Below, piece after piece: positions 1-10,585 of a stretch of 64,000 nucleotides of DNA. The DNA comes from an uncultured Omnitrophica bacterium (GTDB lineage Bacteria; Omnitrophota; Gorgyraeia; JACQQV01). The notes beneath the pieces are model-generated. The model was not told the DNA's origin, did no database searches, and saw nothing but the letters and a program-made list of their open reading frames with translations. Made by a program: the position numbers and the translations under genes. The stretch spans positions 18,015 through 82,014 of the forward strand of contig CAMTXH010000010.1 in the NCBI GenBank assembly GCA_947085655.1, written 5' to 3'. Every line of letters starts with the position of its first letter. Within the stretch, counting starts at the first letter, position 1.

Positions 1-1066
1 GAAAACGGGAAAGGAGCGTTTGAAAACTTTCAATCGCCTCCGGGTAACGGGAAAGGCCGAGAAGAATCTCTCCTTTTTCAAGGAGTGCTTTACTACGCCA
101 TTCCGGCGGGAGGGGACGGTCCAAAAAAGACTCCAGGGCCTTGAGGACTTCCTCCTGATTTCCTTGAAGACGGCGGGAAAGAATCACACCGAAATGCGCC
201 GCTTCCCCCACCTCTTCTTTTTCCGTCAGGGTCTGAAAAATGGGGAGGGCCTTCTCCGCTGCGCCGAGCTTCAGATGAGACCACCCCTGATGAAGAAGGG
301 CCCGTGAACGCCATGGTTTCTCTTTCTTTTCAAGGAGCGCTTCCTCATAGAAAGGAATGGCCTTCTGAAATTGTTCCTGCTCAAAGAAAAGTTCACCCTG
401 AAGATAAAGGATCTCCCCTTTCCAGGGTGAGGTGGGATAGGTTTCCATGAAAATTCTGCAGCTCGTTAACGTTTCATCAAACTTTTTCTGACGCAAGAGA
501 CACACCGTCCTCCGGACATGGGCCTCTTCGGCCAAAAGATGCCCTGGAAAACGCTGAATGAGTTCTGCATAGCCGGCGGCCGCTTCCTCAAAACGCCCCT
601 TCCCCTCCTCGCACCAGGCGAGGGAATAGACGGCGTAGGGAAACATCGGAGATTCCGGATAGCCGTCGATTAGTCGCTTGTAGGTGTTGACGGCCGTGCT
701 GAAATTTTTCCCCCGGAGATGGAGTTCGCCGGTCCAATAAAGGACCTGGTCCCTCAATGTCTCGAATTCGTCCTCCCGAAGCATTTCCAAAAATTGCTCA
801 AGACTCTCATAAGGCCGGTCCAGTTCCAAATAGGTCCTCCCTAAAAGAAGTTTTGCTTCGCCGAATTTTTCGCTTCGGGGATGGTACTCCAAAAATCGTT
901 CGAGTCTCTGGCGGGCAAAGTCGTAGAAATGGTCGTAGAAGGCCCTTTCGGCGACGGTGAAGGCCTGAACCTCATCCTCGAGGTCCCGTTTGGCCAACCC
1001 TGCCGGGGTCAAAAGAAAGATAGAGAGGATGGTGAGGAGGGTCACATAGACCGCTTTTCGCTTCAT
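1..1066 (-). CDS. Exported tetratricopeptide-repeat protein (BamD/CpoB-like repeats), runs off window edge
   Basis: Not in ORF track. Manual translation from ATG at 1066: MKRKAVYVTLLTILSIFLLTPAGLA (signal peptide), then repeated TPR units such as YKRLIDGYPESPMFPYAVYSLAWC and FMETYPTSPWKGEILYLQGE; no stop before position 1. Confidence 0.85.
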   Translation of the reverse strand, partial: MKRKAVYVTLLTILSIFLLTPAGLAKRDLEDEVQAFTVAERAFYDHFYDFARQRLERFLEYHPRSEKFGEAKLLLGRTYLELDRPYESLEQFLEMLREDEFETLRDQVLYWTGELHLRGKNFSTAVNTYKRLIDGYPESPMFPYAVYSLAWCEEGKGRFEEAAAGYAELIQRFPGHLLAEEAHVRRTVCLLRQKKFDETLTSCRIFMETYPTSPWKGEILYLQGELFFEQEQFQKAIPFYEEALLEKKEKPWRSRALLHQGWSHLKLGAAEKALPIFQTLTEKEEVGEAAHFGVILSRRLQGNQEEVLKALESFLDRPLPPEWRSKALLEKGEILLGLSRYPEAIESFQTLLSRF

Positions 1067-1074
1067 GGTCTTAC

Positions 1075-1103
1075 AGTATAACACGTTACAATCAATCCTT
1101 CAA
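1075..1103 (-). promoter_or_regulatory. Sigma70-like promoter for TPR gene
   Basis: TTGAAG-17 bp-TATACT ending 8 nt before the ATG, so the transcript would be near-leaderless. Confidence 0.5.
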
Positions 1104-3881
1104 GCGTTTTCGAAGGAATTGGCCGGTGAAAGAACGCGCGATCTGTCCCACTTCTTCCGGTGTTCCGGTGGCGACTACTTCCCCTCCTTCTTCTCCCCCG
1201 CCCGGTCCCAGGTCGATGAGATAATCAGCCGTCTTCACTACATCCAGATGATGCTCAATCACCAGAACGGTATTCCCGGAGTTCACGAGGGCATTCAGGA
1301 CCTTCAGGAGTTTGTCGATGTCGGCGAGATGGAGTCCGGTCGTCGGTTCGTCCAAAATATAAAGGGTTTTTCCGGTCGAGCGTTTTGAAAGTTCCGCCGC
1401 CAGCTTCACCCGCTGGGCCTCCCCCCCGGAAAGGGTCGTGGCGGATTGGCCGAGTTCGACATAGCCAAGCCCGACTTCGTACAGGACCTTCAATTTGTCA
1501 AGGGCGGGAGGGATATGTTCAAAAAGAGAAAGGGCCTCCTCCACCGTCATCGCCAGGACATCCGCAATCGATTTTCCCCGGTAGAGAATCTGAAGGGTCT
1601 GTTCGTTATACCGGAGACCCCTACAGACTTCACAGGGAACATAAATATCGGGGAGAAACTGCATTTCAATCTGCTTGATGCCGTCTCCCTCGCAGGCCTC
1701 GCAGCGTCCCCCCTTCACATTGAAACTGAACCGGCCCGGTTTGTATCCCTTGGTCCGGGCCTCCGGAAGGCGGCTGAAAAGATCCCGGATCACGGTGAAA
1801 AGTCCGGTGTAGGTGGCTGGATTGGAACGGGGGGTCCGTCCGATCGGAGACTGGTCGATGATGATGACCTTGTCTAGTTTTTCCGCCCCGAGAATATCCC
1901 GGTGTTTCCCGACATGCACGCGGGAACGGTAAAGTTTACGGGAAAGTGCGGCGTAGAGGATGTCGTTGACCAGGGTGCTCTTTCCAGATCCGGAGACGCC
2001 GGTCACGCAGACAAAAAGTCCGAGGGGTATGGGAACATCGATATTTTTCAGGTTATGCTCCCCGCAACCCCGGACGACCAAAAGTTTTTTGGGATCTTTT
2101 TGGCGGCGTTTTTTTGGGGTCTCGATGGAAAGCTCTTTTTTCAGATACTTGGCGGTGAGGGAGCGGGGAGAGCGTAAAATCTCCTCCAGCGTCCCGATGG
2201 CCACCACCTCTCCCCCCTTTCTTCCCGCCTCGGGTCCAAGATCAACGATAAAGTCGGCTGCGCGGATCGTGGCTTCATCATGCTCCACGACAATCACTGT
2301 ATTTCCAAGATCCCGGAGCGATTTCAGGGTATCGAGAAGTTTCTGATTGTCCCGCTGGTGAAGACCGATGCTCGGCTCATCCAGGATATACAACACCCCG
2401 ACGAGTCCAGATCCGATCTGGGTGGCAAGTCGCACCCGCTGCGCCTCGCCTCCGGAAAGGGTCCCTGCCTCCCGGTCGAGCGTCACATAATCGAGGCCCA
2501 CATTCTCAAGGAAAGAAAGCCGTTTCCGGATTTCCTTTAACACCTCTTCGGCGATCATCTTCTCTTTCTGGGAAAGTTCAAGGGAGGAAAAAAAGCGGGA
2601 TCCCTCTTTGATCGACATCCGGACCACTTCCCGGATCGACTTTCCCCCTACTGTGACGGCGAGCGCCTCGGGACGGAGACGAGCCCCTTCGCAGGAAGGA
2701 CAAAGTCTGAAGTCCATCACCTTTTGGATCGCTTCCCGCATATAGTCGCTTTCGGTCTGGACAAACCGGCGTTCAAGATTCGGAATCACTCCCTCAAAAT
2801 CCCCGTTCCCGCCGTCTCCGTAGAGAATCAGGTCCTGGACGGAACGGGGGAGTTCCCCAAACGGAGTCTCCATGCTGAATCCCTGATCGTAGGCGAGCGA
2901 TCTCAAGAGCCGCCGATAGTGAAGCACCAGCGCTTTTCCGCCGCGACGCCACGGTTCGATCGCCCCTTCAATCAGACTCAAGGTTTTGTCGGGAACCACG
3001 AGTCCCGGATCAACTTCCAGTTTGGTGCCGAGGCCATGGCAGGAAGCGCAGGCCCCGTAGGGACTGTTAAAGGAAAAACTCCGGGGTTCCAGTTCTTCAT
3101 AACTCACCCCACAGTCGGGGCAGGCAAATTGTTCGCTGAATAAAAGGTCTTTCTCCTTCTCGCGTGAAACAACGGCCAGTCCCTTTCCCACCTTGAGGGC
3201 GGTTTCGACCGAATCGGCAATCCGGTTTTTCTGTTTTTTGTTGACGTCCACCCGGTCCACCACGACTTCAATCGTATGGGTCAGTTTTTTATTTAACTGG
3301 ATCGGTTCGTCCAGCCGGAGAAGTTCCCCATCCACCCGTGTCCGGACAAATCCCTCCTTTTTCATCTGCTCGAAAAGTTTCTGATACTCCCCCTTCCGGC
3401 CCCGCACCAGGGGCGCAAGAATCAGGATCTTGGATCCTTCCGGAAGATTCATGACGCGATTGGTGATTTCGCTGGAAGATTGGCGGGCGATCCGGGTCTT
3501 GCACCGGTAGCAGTGAGGAGTCCCGACCCGGGCAAAAAGGAGCCGGAGGTAATCGTAAATTTCGGTGGTGGTGGCGACGGTCGAGCGGGGGTTGGAGCCG
3601 GCGGTCCGCTGTTCGATGGCAATGGCCGGCGGAAGCCCTTCGATATGCTCGACGTTCGGTTTCTGAAGCTGTTCCAGAAACTGTCGGGCATAGGCGGAGA
3701 GACTCTCCACATACCGCCTTTGCCCCTCGGCATAGAGCGTATCAAACGCAAGAGACGATTTGCCGGAACCGGAAAGGCCGGTAATCACAATCAGGCGGTT
3801 CCGGGGAAGCGAAAGGTCGATATTTTTAAGATTGTGCTCTTTCGCCCCGCGGATGATGATGGATTGGGATCCTTTTTCCAC
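1092..3881 (-). CDS. uvrA: Excinuclease ABC subunit A
   Basis: [10 protein letters not shown], two Walker A motifs ([18 protein letters not shown]), LSGGEAQR signatures, Zn fingers; 929 aa. Confidence 0.99.
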   Translation of the reverse strand: MEKGSQSIIIRGAKEHNLKNIDLSLPRNRLIVITGLSGSGKSSLAFDTLYAEGQRRYVESLSAYARQFLEQLQKPNVEHIEGLPPAIAIEQRTAGSNPRSTVATTTEIYDYLRLLFARVGTPHCYRCKTRIARQSSSEITNRVMNLPEGSKILILAPLVRGRKGEYQKLFEQMKKEGFVRTRVDGELLRLDEPIQLNKKLTHTIEVVVDRVDVNKKQKNRIADSVETALKVGKGLAVVSREKEKDLLFSEQFACPDCGVSYEELEPRSFSFNSPYGACASCHGLGTKLEVDPGLVVPDKTLSLIEGAIEPWRRGGKALVLHYRRLLRSLAYDQGFSMETPFGELPRSVQDLILYGDGGNGDFEGVIPNLERRFVQTESDYMREAIQKVMDFRLCPSCEGARLRPEALAVTVGGKSIREVVRMSIKEGSRFFSSLELSQKEKMIAEEVLKEIRKRLSFLENVGLDYVTLDREAGTLSGGEAQRVRLATQIGSGLVGVLYILDEPSIGLHQRDNQKLLDTLKSLRDLGNTVIVVEHDEATIRAADFIVDLGPEAGRKGGEVVAIGTLEEILRSPRSLTAKYLKKELSIETPKKRRQKDPKKLLVVRGCGEHNLKNIDVPIPLGLFVCVTGVSGSGKSTLVNDILYAALSRKLYRSRVHVGKHRDILGAEKLDKVIIIDQSPIGRTPRSNPATYTGLFTVIRDLFSRLPEARTKGYKPGRFSFNVKGGRCEACEGDGIKQIEMQFLPDIYVPCEVCRGLRYNEQTLQILYRGKSIADVLAMTVEEALSLFEHIPPALDKLKVLYEVGLGYVELGQSATTLSGGEAQRVKLAAELSKRSTGKTLYILDEPTTGLHLADIDKLLKVLNALVNSGNTVLVIEHHLDVVKTADYLIDLGPGGGEEGGEVVATGTPEEVGQIARSFTGQFLRKRLKD

Positions 3882-3903
3882 TCAGAACCTCTTTAATCGA
3901 TAT

Positions 3904-3932
3904 ATTTTACCAAGAATAGAGGGACGTTTCTA
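3904..3932 (-). promoter_or_regulatory. Probable uvrA promoter
   Basis: TAGAAA-17 bp-TAAAAT with TG extension. Confidence 0.45.
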
Positions 3933-3994
3933 CACCTGGCTCCAATCTGACTCTAATCTGTCCCCCTAACCTGAATCAAGCTTATTCCGACTTT

Positions 3995-4058
3995 GGGACG
4001 TTTTCGAAAGTGTCCCCTGCGTCATTCTCACGTTAGGGACACTTTCTGAAAACGTCCC
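3995..4058. repeat. REP-like inverted repeat with GGGAC...GTCCC arms
   Basis: gggacgttttcgaaagtgtccc (3995-4016) and gggacactttctgaaaacgtccc (4036-4058) are reverse complements apart from one extra base. Confidence 0.8.
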
Positions 4059-4065
4059 TATAGAC

Positions 4066-4101
4066 AAAAAGCCCCTGTGCCGATAGGCACAGGGGCTTTT
4101 T
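4066..4101. terminator. Intrinsic terminator, potentially bidirectional
   Basis: aaaaa-gcccctgtgcc-gata-ggcacaggggc-ttttt: perfect 11-bp stem flanked by A and T tracts. Confidence 0.85.
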
Positions 4102-4124
4102 GTGTTGGTTGTTTATCGAGATGT

Positions 4125-4268
4125 CTATCTTTTGCGACGCCTTTTGGATTTCTTTCTCTTTTGGCCGCCGCGCGCCATCTTCGCCATCGACACATCACCC
4201 TGCTTGTCGATGAAGTAGAGATAGCCCTTTTTGCGCTTGATGCCAAGCTTTGCGATTTTTGTCGCCAT
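4125..4268 (-). CDS. 47-aa highly basic small protein, candidate nucleic-acid-binding protein
   Basis: MATKIAKLGIKRKKGYLYFIDKQGDVSMAKMARGGQKRKKSKRRRKR; strong SD GGGAGGTGAT upstream and terminator downstream; too short for the ORF track. Confidence 0.8.
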   Translation of the reverse strand: MATKIAKLGIKRKKGYLYFIDKQGDVSMAKMARGGQKRKKSKRRRKR

Positions 4269-4285
4269 TCTGTATCACCTCCCTT

Positions 4286-5119
4286 CTATGTGCCTACTTT
4301 TACAGAATCCAGAAAAGTCTTCAGTGCCGCGATGGCGGAAAGAGTTGCCAGACGGCTTGTCCGGGGATTTTCCCGGGAGGGAAGATTTTCACAAATCGTT
4401 TTCAATGTTCCGGCAGAGCCCTCCAACACCACCTCGTGGCTGTTCCGCCTCGCCTTCGGGTCTGCCACCACCCGTACCTCCAGCTGCCGCGCTCTGCCCG
4501 CCAAAGCGAGGGTTGCGGCAACGTTGATATTCTGCGGAAAAGCCGCAAGTGCCTTCCGGAAATTTCCCCGGAAAAGAACAGTGGCGCGCCGGATCCGTTT
4601 TAAATTGATTTTTCTTTTTAAAACAAAAGGAGCCCCCTCGAAACTGTGAGGGGGCTTCCGGGTTGTGAGAACCATCTTCCGGATCGGAAGAAGCGATGCT
4701 GCCTTGACACCGTCGATTCCGGAAAGGGCTCCGCTCGGAATAAGAATGGAGCATCCCCTTTCCTTTGCTTTTGCAAGGAGACGTTTTTGTCCCAAAAGTC
4801 CTCCTGTGGACATCACAAGAAGATCTTTCCGCTTTTGAATCACTTTTTTGAGAAGCGGCGCCACCGCCGAAAGGTGGGCTGCTTCCACGACAAGGTCACA
4901 CCGACCGATGAGGGCGTCCACCGTCAACACCGCTGGGCGGCTCCGGAGTTTTCTCGAGAGTTCACTCGCGCGCACCCGATTTTCGTCGGAGAGCGCCACC
5001 AGCCGGGCCCCCCGGATCTGGCCGCTGTCGAGTGCTTTGGCCACCCCGCTTCCGATGGCACCGCATCCGACGATGCCGATCTTCCTATTTCGGCCGGACC
5101 TTGTTCTTTTCGTTGACAA
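4286..5119 (-). CDS. nadX: L-aspartate dehydrogenase
   Basis: [48 protein letters not shown]; start uncertain. Confidence 0.92.
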   Translation of the reverse strand: MSTKRTRSGRNRKIGIVGCGAIGSGVAKALDSGQIRGARLVALSDENRVRASELSRKLRSRPAVLTVDALIGRCDLVVEAAHLSAVAPLLKKVIQKRKDLLVMSTGGLLGQKRLLAKAKERGCSILIPSGALSGIDGVKAASLLPIRKMVLTTRKPPHSFEGAPFVLKRKINLKRIRRATVLFRGNFRKALAAFPQNINVAATLALAGRARQLEVRVVADPKARRNSHEVVLEGSAGTLKTICENLPSRENPRTSRLATLSAIAALKTFLDSVKVGT

Positions 5120-5438
5120 AGAGAATCTTCGGTTTTAAAGAGCGGGCCTCGCGCGCATCAAGGAGATTGTAAGCGATGATAATCACCTTATCCCCCACCT
5201 GCGCCCAGCGAGCCGCCGCACCGTTCATACAGATTGTTCCGGAATTCGCCTTGCCCTCCATCACGTAGGTTTCGACACGGGTTCCGTTATGGAGGTTCAC
5301 AATCTGCACCCGTTCAAAAGGAAGGATCCCCGCCTTCTGAAGCAATGCCTTATCGATGGTGATCGAGCCGGTATATTCGAGATTCGCCTCGGTCACCGTC
5401 GCTCCATGAATTTTGGCACGGCACATGTAATGATACAT
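5085..5438 (-). CDS. panD: Aspartate 1-decarboxylase
   Basis: [21 protein letters not shown] self-cleavage site, [14 protein letters not shown]. Confidence 0.97.
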   Translation of the reverse strand: MYHYMCRAKIHGATVTEANLEYTGSITIDKALLQKAGILPFERVQIVNLHNGTRVETYVMEGKANSGTICMNGAAARWAQVGDKVIIIAYNLLDAREARSLKPKILFVNEKNKVRPK

Positions 5439-5439
5439 T

Positions 5440-6285
5440 TTAACCCTTCACCAAAAAATTATCAATCAGGCGTGTTTTGCCGACCCAAGCCGCAATCGCC
5501 AAAAGAACTTTCCCCTTCACCCGTTTCATCGTCTCAAGTGTCTCGGGATCGACGACGGAGACATAGTCCACCCGCCGCACGCCCCTTTCCCGCAAAAGAG
5601 CGCGCATGCGTGAGAGTATCTTTTGAGGATTCTTTTCACCGTCCCGGATCATCCTTTTCCCCAAAAAGAGCGCTTGCGACAGAGAAAGCGCTTTTTTCCT
5701 TTCCCCGTCGGATAAATAGCGGTTCCGTGAACTCATCGCAAGCCCGTTTTTCTCCCTCACCGTCGGCATCACCCTCATGGCGATCGGAAGGTCGAGGTCT
5801 TTCAATAACTGAGCAATCACCTGTGTCTGCTGATAATCTTTCTGACCGAAATAAACGCGGTCGGGTTGGACGAGGTTGAAAAGTTTTGCACAAACCGTGG
5901 CCACCCCCCGGAAATGACCGGGGCGGAATTTTCCGCAGAGCGGTTCGGAAACCGGGCCGACGTCGATCTCGGTCGCAAAAAGGTCCGGGTAGATTGTTTT
6001 GACCGAGGGGAAAAAAAGAAGATCGACCCTCTCTTTTTGAAGGAGGGCGCGATCTTTGGAAAAAACCCTCGGATAACGCTGGAAATCCTCGTTGGGACCG
6101 AATTGCGTCGGATTCACGAAAATGCTCACCACGACGCGGTCGCATTCCTTGCGCGCGGCACGGACCAGGGAAAGGTGCCCCTCGTGAAGCGCTCCCATCG
6201 TCGGGACAAACCCGATCGTCTCGCCCCGTTTTCTATACCTTTTCAACTGTGACCTCAAGGGGGTAAGGCCTCGGAGGACGCGCAT
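5440..6285 (-). CDS. panC: Pantoate-beta-alanine ligase
   Basis: [41 protein letters not shown]; ATG at 6285 preferred over 6297. Confidence 0.97.
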   Translation of the reverse strand: MRVLRGLTPLRSQLKRYRKRGETIGFVPTMGALHEGHLSLVRAARKECDRVVVSIFVNPTQFGPNEDFQRYPRVFSKDRALLQKERVDLLFFPSVKTIYPDLFATEIDVGPVSEPLCGKFRPGHFRGVATVCAKLFNLVQPDRVYFGQKDYQQTQVIAQLLKDLDLPIAMRVMPTVREKNGLAMSSRNRYLSDGERKKALSLSQALFLGKRMIRDGEKNPQKILSRMRALLRERGVRRVDYVSVVDPETLETMKRVKGKVLLAIAAWVGKTRLIDNFLVKG

Positions 6286-6772
6286 CGGTTGACACACACT
6301 CCGCCAAAAGTTCCTTGATGCTCTTTTTCAATTTCGGGTGAAAGAGCGTCTCGCACAATTCCGAAAGGGGCAAAAGGACAAAGATCCGCTCGTGGAGCCG
6401 CGGATGGGGAAGAATCAGCGACGGTTCCTCGACGACCAGATCCCCGTAAAAGAGAAGATCCAGATCGATCTCCCTCGGTCCCCATCGCTCCCGAGGAGTC
6501 CGCCCGACTTCATGCTCAATCGTCTTTAACGCGGTCAAAAGGGCCTCGGGTGTAAGGGAACTCTCCCCTTCCACCACGCCGTTCAGAAAAGGCCTCTGGT
6601 CCCGGACCCCGACCGGCTCCGTCTCATAGAAACGGGAAATCCGCTTTAACCGGAAACCCTGCATTTCTCGGAGAAACTGAATCGTCCGCTTCAGATGCTT
6701 TTCCCGGTCACCCACATTGGTGCCGAGGCCGATAAAGGTCCTTACCCGAGCAGTTTTCGAAAGCGCGCACAC
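6233..6772 (-). CDS. folK: 2-amino-4-hydroxy-6-hydroxymethyldihydropteridine diphosphokinase
   Basis: IGLGTNVGD, YETEP, RWGPREIDLDLL, LPHPRLHERIFVL. Confidence 0.95.
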   Translation of the reverse strand: MCALSKTARVRTFIGLGTNVGDREKHLKRTIQFLREMQGFRLKRISRFYETEPVGVRDQRPFLNGVVEGESSLTPEALLTALKTIEHEVGRTPRERWGPREIDLDLLFYGDLVVEEPSLILPHPRLHERIFVLLPLSELCETLFHPKLKKSIKELLAECVSTDARPPRPYPLEVTVEKV

Positions 6773-7917
6773 GCTTCCTGAATCCTTCTCTTCGGAAGGG
6801 TCAGTGCCATCCGGATGTATCCTTCTCCGGAAGGGCCGAACCCGACGCCGGGTGTGACAACGATTCCCGCTTTTTCAAACACCCACCGGGCAAAATCGCT
6901 TGAAGAGCGTTTCCGCGCCGGAATAGGTGCCCAGACATAAAAAGTGGCGCGCGGAGCCGGAACGTTCCAGCCGAGTCGGTTCAGTCCCTCGACGAGGGAA
7001 TCCCGCCGCTCTTCATAAAGGCGGTTCCGGAATGCCAAAAGCCGGCTCGGAAGACGAAGCGCTGCAATCCCTGCATGTTGAACCGCCTGAAAAATCCCCG
7101 AATCGACATTCGCCTTGACCTTGGCGAGCGCTGCGATCATCTCCCGACGGCCGCAGGCAAATCCGATTCGCCAGCCGGTCATGTTGTACGTCTTCGAAAG
7201 CGAATGAAACTCGATTCCGACCGCCTTGGCCCCGGGTCGTTGGAGGAAACTGATCGGCCGATACCCGTCGAAGCTGACTTCGGTGTACGCGGCGTCATGA
7301 CATATCATTATACGGTGCCGACGACAAAAGTCAATAGTCTCGTCGAAAAAAGAGGCATCGGCGCAGGCGGCGGTGGGGTTATTCGGATAGTTCAAAAAAA
7401 GGAGTTTGGCCCGCCTCAGCGTCGAGCGCGAAAGACGGGAGAAATCGGGCAGGAAGCCGTTCTCCTCGAGGAGCGGTAGATTCACCACTTCTCCGCCGGC
7501 AAAGTGCGTTCCGCTCCGGTAAGGAGGGTAGCAGGGATCCGGCACAAGGACCGCCTCCTTCGGGTTGATAAGCCCAAGGGGAAGATGGGCAATTCCCTCC
7601 TTGGAACCGAGAAGGGGGAGGATCTCCTTTTGAGGGTCCAAGGTCACCCCAAAGCGCCTTTTGTACCATAGGGCAATTTCCCGACGGAGAGACGGAAGCC
7701 CCTGATCCAGGGCATACCGGTGATTTGCCGGGTCTCTGGCAGCGCGGCTCAAGGCAGAGATCACCGATGGGGGTGTCGGCAGGTCCGGATCTCCGACGCC
7801 AAGATCGATAATATCCCTCCCGGCCGCTTTCGCCTTCCTTTTGGCAGCGTCGAGTTCGGCGAATAAATAAGGGGGGAGTTTCTGAAGACGTTCAGAAAAA
7901 TGAACAGAAAAACTCAT
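6742..7917 (-). CDS. dapL: LL-diaminopimelate aminotransferase (class I/II PLP enzyme)
   Basis: LPPYLFAELD, NYPNNPT, EFHSLSKTYNMTGWRIG; lies directly after dapAB. Confidence 0.8.
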   Translation of the reverse strand: MSFSVHFSERLQKLPPYLFAELDAAKRKAKAAGRDIIDLGVGDPDLPTPPSVISALSRAARDPANHRYALDQGLPSLRREIALWYKRRFGVTLDPQKEILPLLGSKEGIAHLPLGLINPKEAVLVPDPCYPPYRSGTHFAGGEVVNLPLLEENGFLPDFSRLSRSTLRRAKLLFLNYPNNPTAACADASFFDETIDFCRRHRIMICHDAAYTEVSFDGYRPISFLQRPGAKAVGIEFHSLSKTYNMTGWRIGFACGRREMIAALAKVKANVDSGIFQAVQHAGIAALRLPSRLLAFRNRLYEERRDSLVEGLNRLGWNVPAPRATFYVWAPIPARKRSSSDFARWVFEKAGIVVTPGVGFGPSGEGYIRMALTLPKRRIQEACARFRKLLG

Positions 7918-8669
7918 TCGGACGCCTTCAACACATCCTGCATTGTGTAGAACTTGGGTGGTTTTCCGGCGAGGAATCGGGCGGCGCGAAGCGCCCCAAG
8001 GGCAAAGGTGTCCCGGGAGGAGGCGCGGTGGGTAAACTCAAGCCGCTCCCCTTCCGTTGCAAAGGTAACGGTATGGTCCCCGACCACATCGCCCAGCCGG
8101 AAGGAATGGATCGGGATCGTCTCCGGCTTCACCTTCCTTGCCGCGGCAATCTTTTCGGCAAGGAACTTGGCGGTTCCGCTCGGAGCGTCCTTTTTGTGGC
8201 GGTGGTGCGTCTCGACGATCCCCACTTCATACGCTGCCCCAAGCTTCCGTGCGGCGTCAAAAACAAGTTCAAAGAGGAGATTCACCCCCACGCTCATGTT
8301 GGGGGTCCAAAGAACCGGAATCGTCTTTCCCGCATCCATCACCTGTTGAAGCTGTTGAGGGGAAAAGCCGGTCGTACCGATCACAATCGCCTTTTTAAGG
8401 CGGAGCGCTTCCTTAATATGGGCCAAAGAGGCCTCCGGGGTACTGAACTCAATATGAACCTCCACCCCCTGAAAGACCTTTCCCGCCTCTGAAGAGAGAG
8501 AAATGCCTTTGCGCCCAAGCCCGAGGAGTTCCCCGATATCCTTCCCGAGTTCAGGGTGCCCTTCCCTTTCAAGGGCGCCGGCCACTTTGAAGACAGAGTC
8601 CTGAAAGGCGAGTGAGAGGATTCTGGAGCCCATCCTCCCCATTGCGCCGCTGACTGAAATGAAGGTCAT
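7914..8669 (-). CDS. dapB: 4-hydroxy-tetrahydrodipicolinate reductase
   Basis: GAMGRMG, GTTG, ETHHRHKKDAPSGTA. Confidence 0.97.
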   Translation of the reverse strand: MTFISVSGAMGRMGSRILSLAFQDSVFKVAGALEREGHPELGKDIGELLGLGRKGISLSSEAGKVFQGVEVHIEFSTPEASLAHIKEALRLKKAIVIGTTGFSPQQLQQVMDAGKTIPVLWTPNMSVGVNLLFELVFDAARKLGAAYEVGIVETHHRHKKDAPSGTAKFLAEKIAAARKVKPETIPIHSFRLGDVVGDHTVTFATEGERLEFTHRASSRDTFALGALRAARFLAGKPPKFYTMQDVLKASE

Positions 8670-8670
8670 T

Positions 8671-9561
8671 TCATCGTGCCTTCAGTTTCGAAGCGGGAAG
8701 GAGTCCGTAATCGACGAGTGCTTTCTTGAGGACGGTACTGTTTGCCTCCGACATCGGACAAAGCGGAAGCCGGAGTTCCCCTTTGATCATGCCAAGGAGT
8801 TCCATGGCAGTCTTTACCGGAATCGGGTTCGTCTCAACGAAGAGTGCCTTACATAGAGGAAGGAGTTTGTAATGAAGTTCCCTTGCCTTGTCATACGCCC
8901 CTTTCAGGGCATGATGCGTCAAGGCGGCCACATCCTTCGGGACAATGTTGGCTGCAACCGAAATCACCCCCTGGGCGCCGACCGCCATCATCGGGAGTGT
9001 CAGCGAATCATCCCCGGAGAGGACGGTGATATCGCAAAGGGAGATGATTTGACTCACCTGATCAAGACTTCCGGCCGCCTCTTTCACCGCCACGATCGTC
9101 TCAATTTTGGAAAGCCGCGCAATCGTCTCAGGCGCCATGTTGATGCCGGTCCGCCCCGGGATATTGTAAAGGATAAGAGGGATATCCGCCTCCTTGGCAA
9201 TCTTTTCAAAGTGGCGATAAAGCCCTTCCTGCATCGGTTTGTTGTAGTAAGGGCAGACCTGAAGCGACCCGTCCGCCCCAACCCTTTTGGCAAAGCGGGT
9301 CAGATCCACCGCCTCATCGGTTGAGTTGGATCCGGTCCCGGCGATCACCGGAATTCTCTTATTCGCCTGCTCCACCACAATCTGGATGACTCTCTTATGC
9401 TCCTCATGGGAAAGCGTGGGAGATTCACCGGTTGTTCCGCAGGGAGAGACGGCATCGGTCTTATTCTGGATGTGATAATCGACCAGTTCCCGGAGCTTTA
9501 CCTCGTCCACTTTCCCGCCGGAAAATGGGGTGACCAGTGCAACAATCGATCCTTTAAACAT
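8671..9561 (-). CDS. dapA: 4-hydroxy-tetrahydrodipicolinate synthase
   Basis: GTTGESPTL, YNIPGRT, VKEA, ETNPIPVK. Confidence 0.98.
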   Translation of the reverse strand: MFKGSIVALVTPFSGGKVDEVKLRELVDYHIQNKTDAVSPCGTTGESPTLSHEEHKRVIQIVVEQANKRIPVIAGTGSNSTDEAVDLTRFAKRVGADGSLQVCPYYNKPMQEGLYRHFEKIAKEADIPLILYNIPGRTGINMAPETIARLSKIETIVAVKEAAGSLDQVSQIISLCDITVLSGDDSLTLPMMAVGAQGVISVAANIVPKDVAALTHHALKGAYDKARELHYKLLPLCKALFVETNPIPVKTAMELLGMIKGELRLPLCPMSEANSTVLKKALVDYGLLPASKLKAR

Positions 9562-10375
9562 GATTCACGCTCCCTTCAAAAATACGGGATACCTTTCCTT
9601 CAAGGTAAACCTCGCCGAATTCCCCATCCCTTTCCTTAAAGAATATCTTAAGCCGCTCGCCCCCTTTTGTCAAAACTGTTATCGGCGAGGAAAATCGTCT
9701 AATTTTGGCTGTGACTAACGCGGAGGCGACCGCTCCGGTGCCGCAGGCCAGGGTTTCCCCTTCCACGCCCCGCTCATAGGTCCGGATTTCGATAGAATTT
9801 TTTCCCCGAACCTTCACAAAATCGGCGTTTGTGCCGCGCGGCTTAAAAAGTCGATGATGCCGAATCGCTTCTCCCCAGCATTCCACATCAAATTCTTTAA
9901 GATTCTCCACAAAAAGGATCGCGTGCGGCACAGAGGCAAGAATTGTATGAAGCGTGAGTATTTTGTCACAAACTTTCACCTTCACTCCCCGACGGAAACT
10001 GTGCGGATTCGGAAGTTTTACTTTGACAACGTTTCCGCGTACCGCCGCCTCGAGCCGCCCTGCAAGCGTTTCAAATGAAGTGCGGCCGCGGCTTTTCCCA
10101 ACGACATAGAAGGCCGCACATCGTGAGCCGTTCCCACACATCTCTGCCTCACTCCCATCCGGATTAAAAATCCGCATCCTGAAATCGGCTTTCCGCGACG
10201 GCTCCAAGACCAAAACCCCATCTGCCCCGATCGCCCGCTTCCTATCGCAAAGTTTCCGGGCAAGCCGCGCCCCCTCCGCTTTCGATATACGCCCCTTTCT
10301 GCGTCTATCGATCAGAATAAAATCATTCCCCGTTCCTTGGAGTTTGGTGAATTTAAGTGTCATCTTATTGATCAA
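9554..10375 (-). CDS. dapF: Diaminopimelate epimerase
   Basis: GTGNDF, NPDGSEAEMCGNG, ERGVEGETLACGTG. Confidence 0.97.
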   Translation of the reverse strand: MINKMTLKFTKLQGTGNDFILIDRRRKGRISKAEGARLARKLCDRKRAIGADGVLVLEPSRKADFRMRIFNPDGSEAEMCGNGSRCAAFYVVGKSRGRTSFETLAGRLEAAVRGNVVKVKLPNPHSFRRGVKVKVCDKILTLHTILASVPHAILFVENLKEFDVECWGEAIRHHRLFKPRGTNADFVKVRGKNSIEIRTYERGVEGETLACGTGAVASALVTAKIRRFSSPITVLTKGGERLKIFFKERDGEFGEVYLEGKVSRIFEGSVNHV

Positions 10376-10547
10376 ACTGTTGGGCGTTTTCCTCGTTCAT
10401 GGTTTTAATCTGTGCCTTGAGCCGTTGATACATATCAACCTGGGTCTTGCCGGTCCCATAGTCGATCACCTTCTGAGTTGTTTCTTCGGCCCCCTTGGAA
10501 CACCCAACGACGATGAAAAGCATCAGCACAATTCCTAGAATTTGCAT
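10365..10547 (-). CDS. Small putative lipoprotein
   Basis: MQILGIVLMLFIVVG-C lipobox-like N-terminus; the ORF-track extension to 10589 reads through repeat DNA. Confidence 0.6.
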   Translation of the reverse strand: MQILGIVLMLFIVVGCSKGAEETTQKVIDYGTGKTQVDMYQRLKAQIKTMNEENAQQFDQ

Positions 10548-10571
10548 TATGTATCGTGTCCCCGGAATTCC
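10546..10571. repeat. 26-bp direct repeat, copy 1
   Basis: attatgtatcgtgtccccggaattcc; 24/26 identical to 11221-11246; followed by a partial gaattcc reiteration. Confidence 0.9.
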
Positions 10572-10585
10572 AAGAATTCCTACGC

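Noticed and set aside
3882-3990. Known SOS box upstream of uvrA
   Set aside because: No CTGT-N8-ACAG or GAAC-N4-GTTC match seen
4058-4246. 62-aa minus-strand ORF in the track
   Set aside because: Wrong frame: it runs through the terminator, while the 4125-4268 frame has the SD and a coherent sequence
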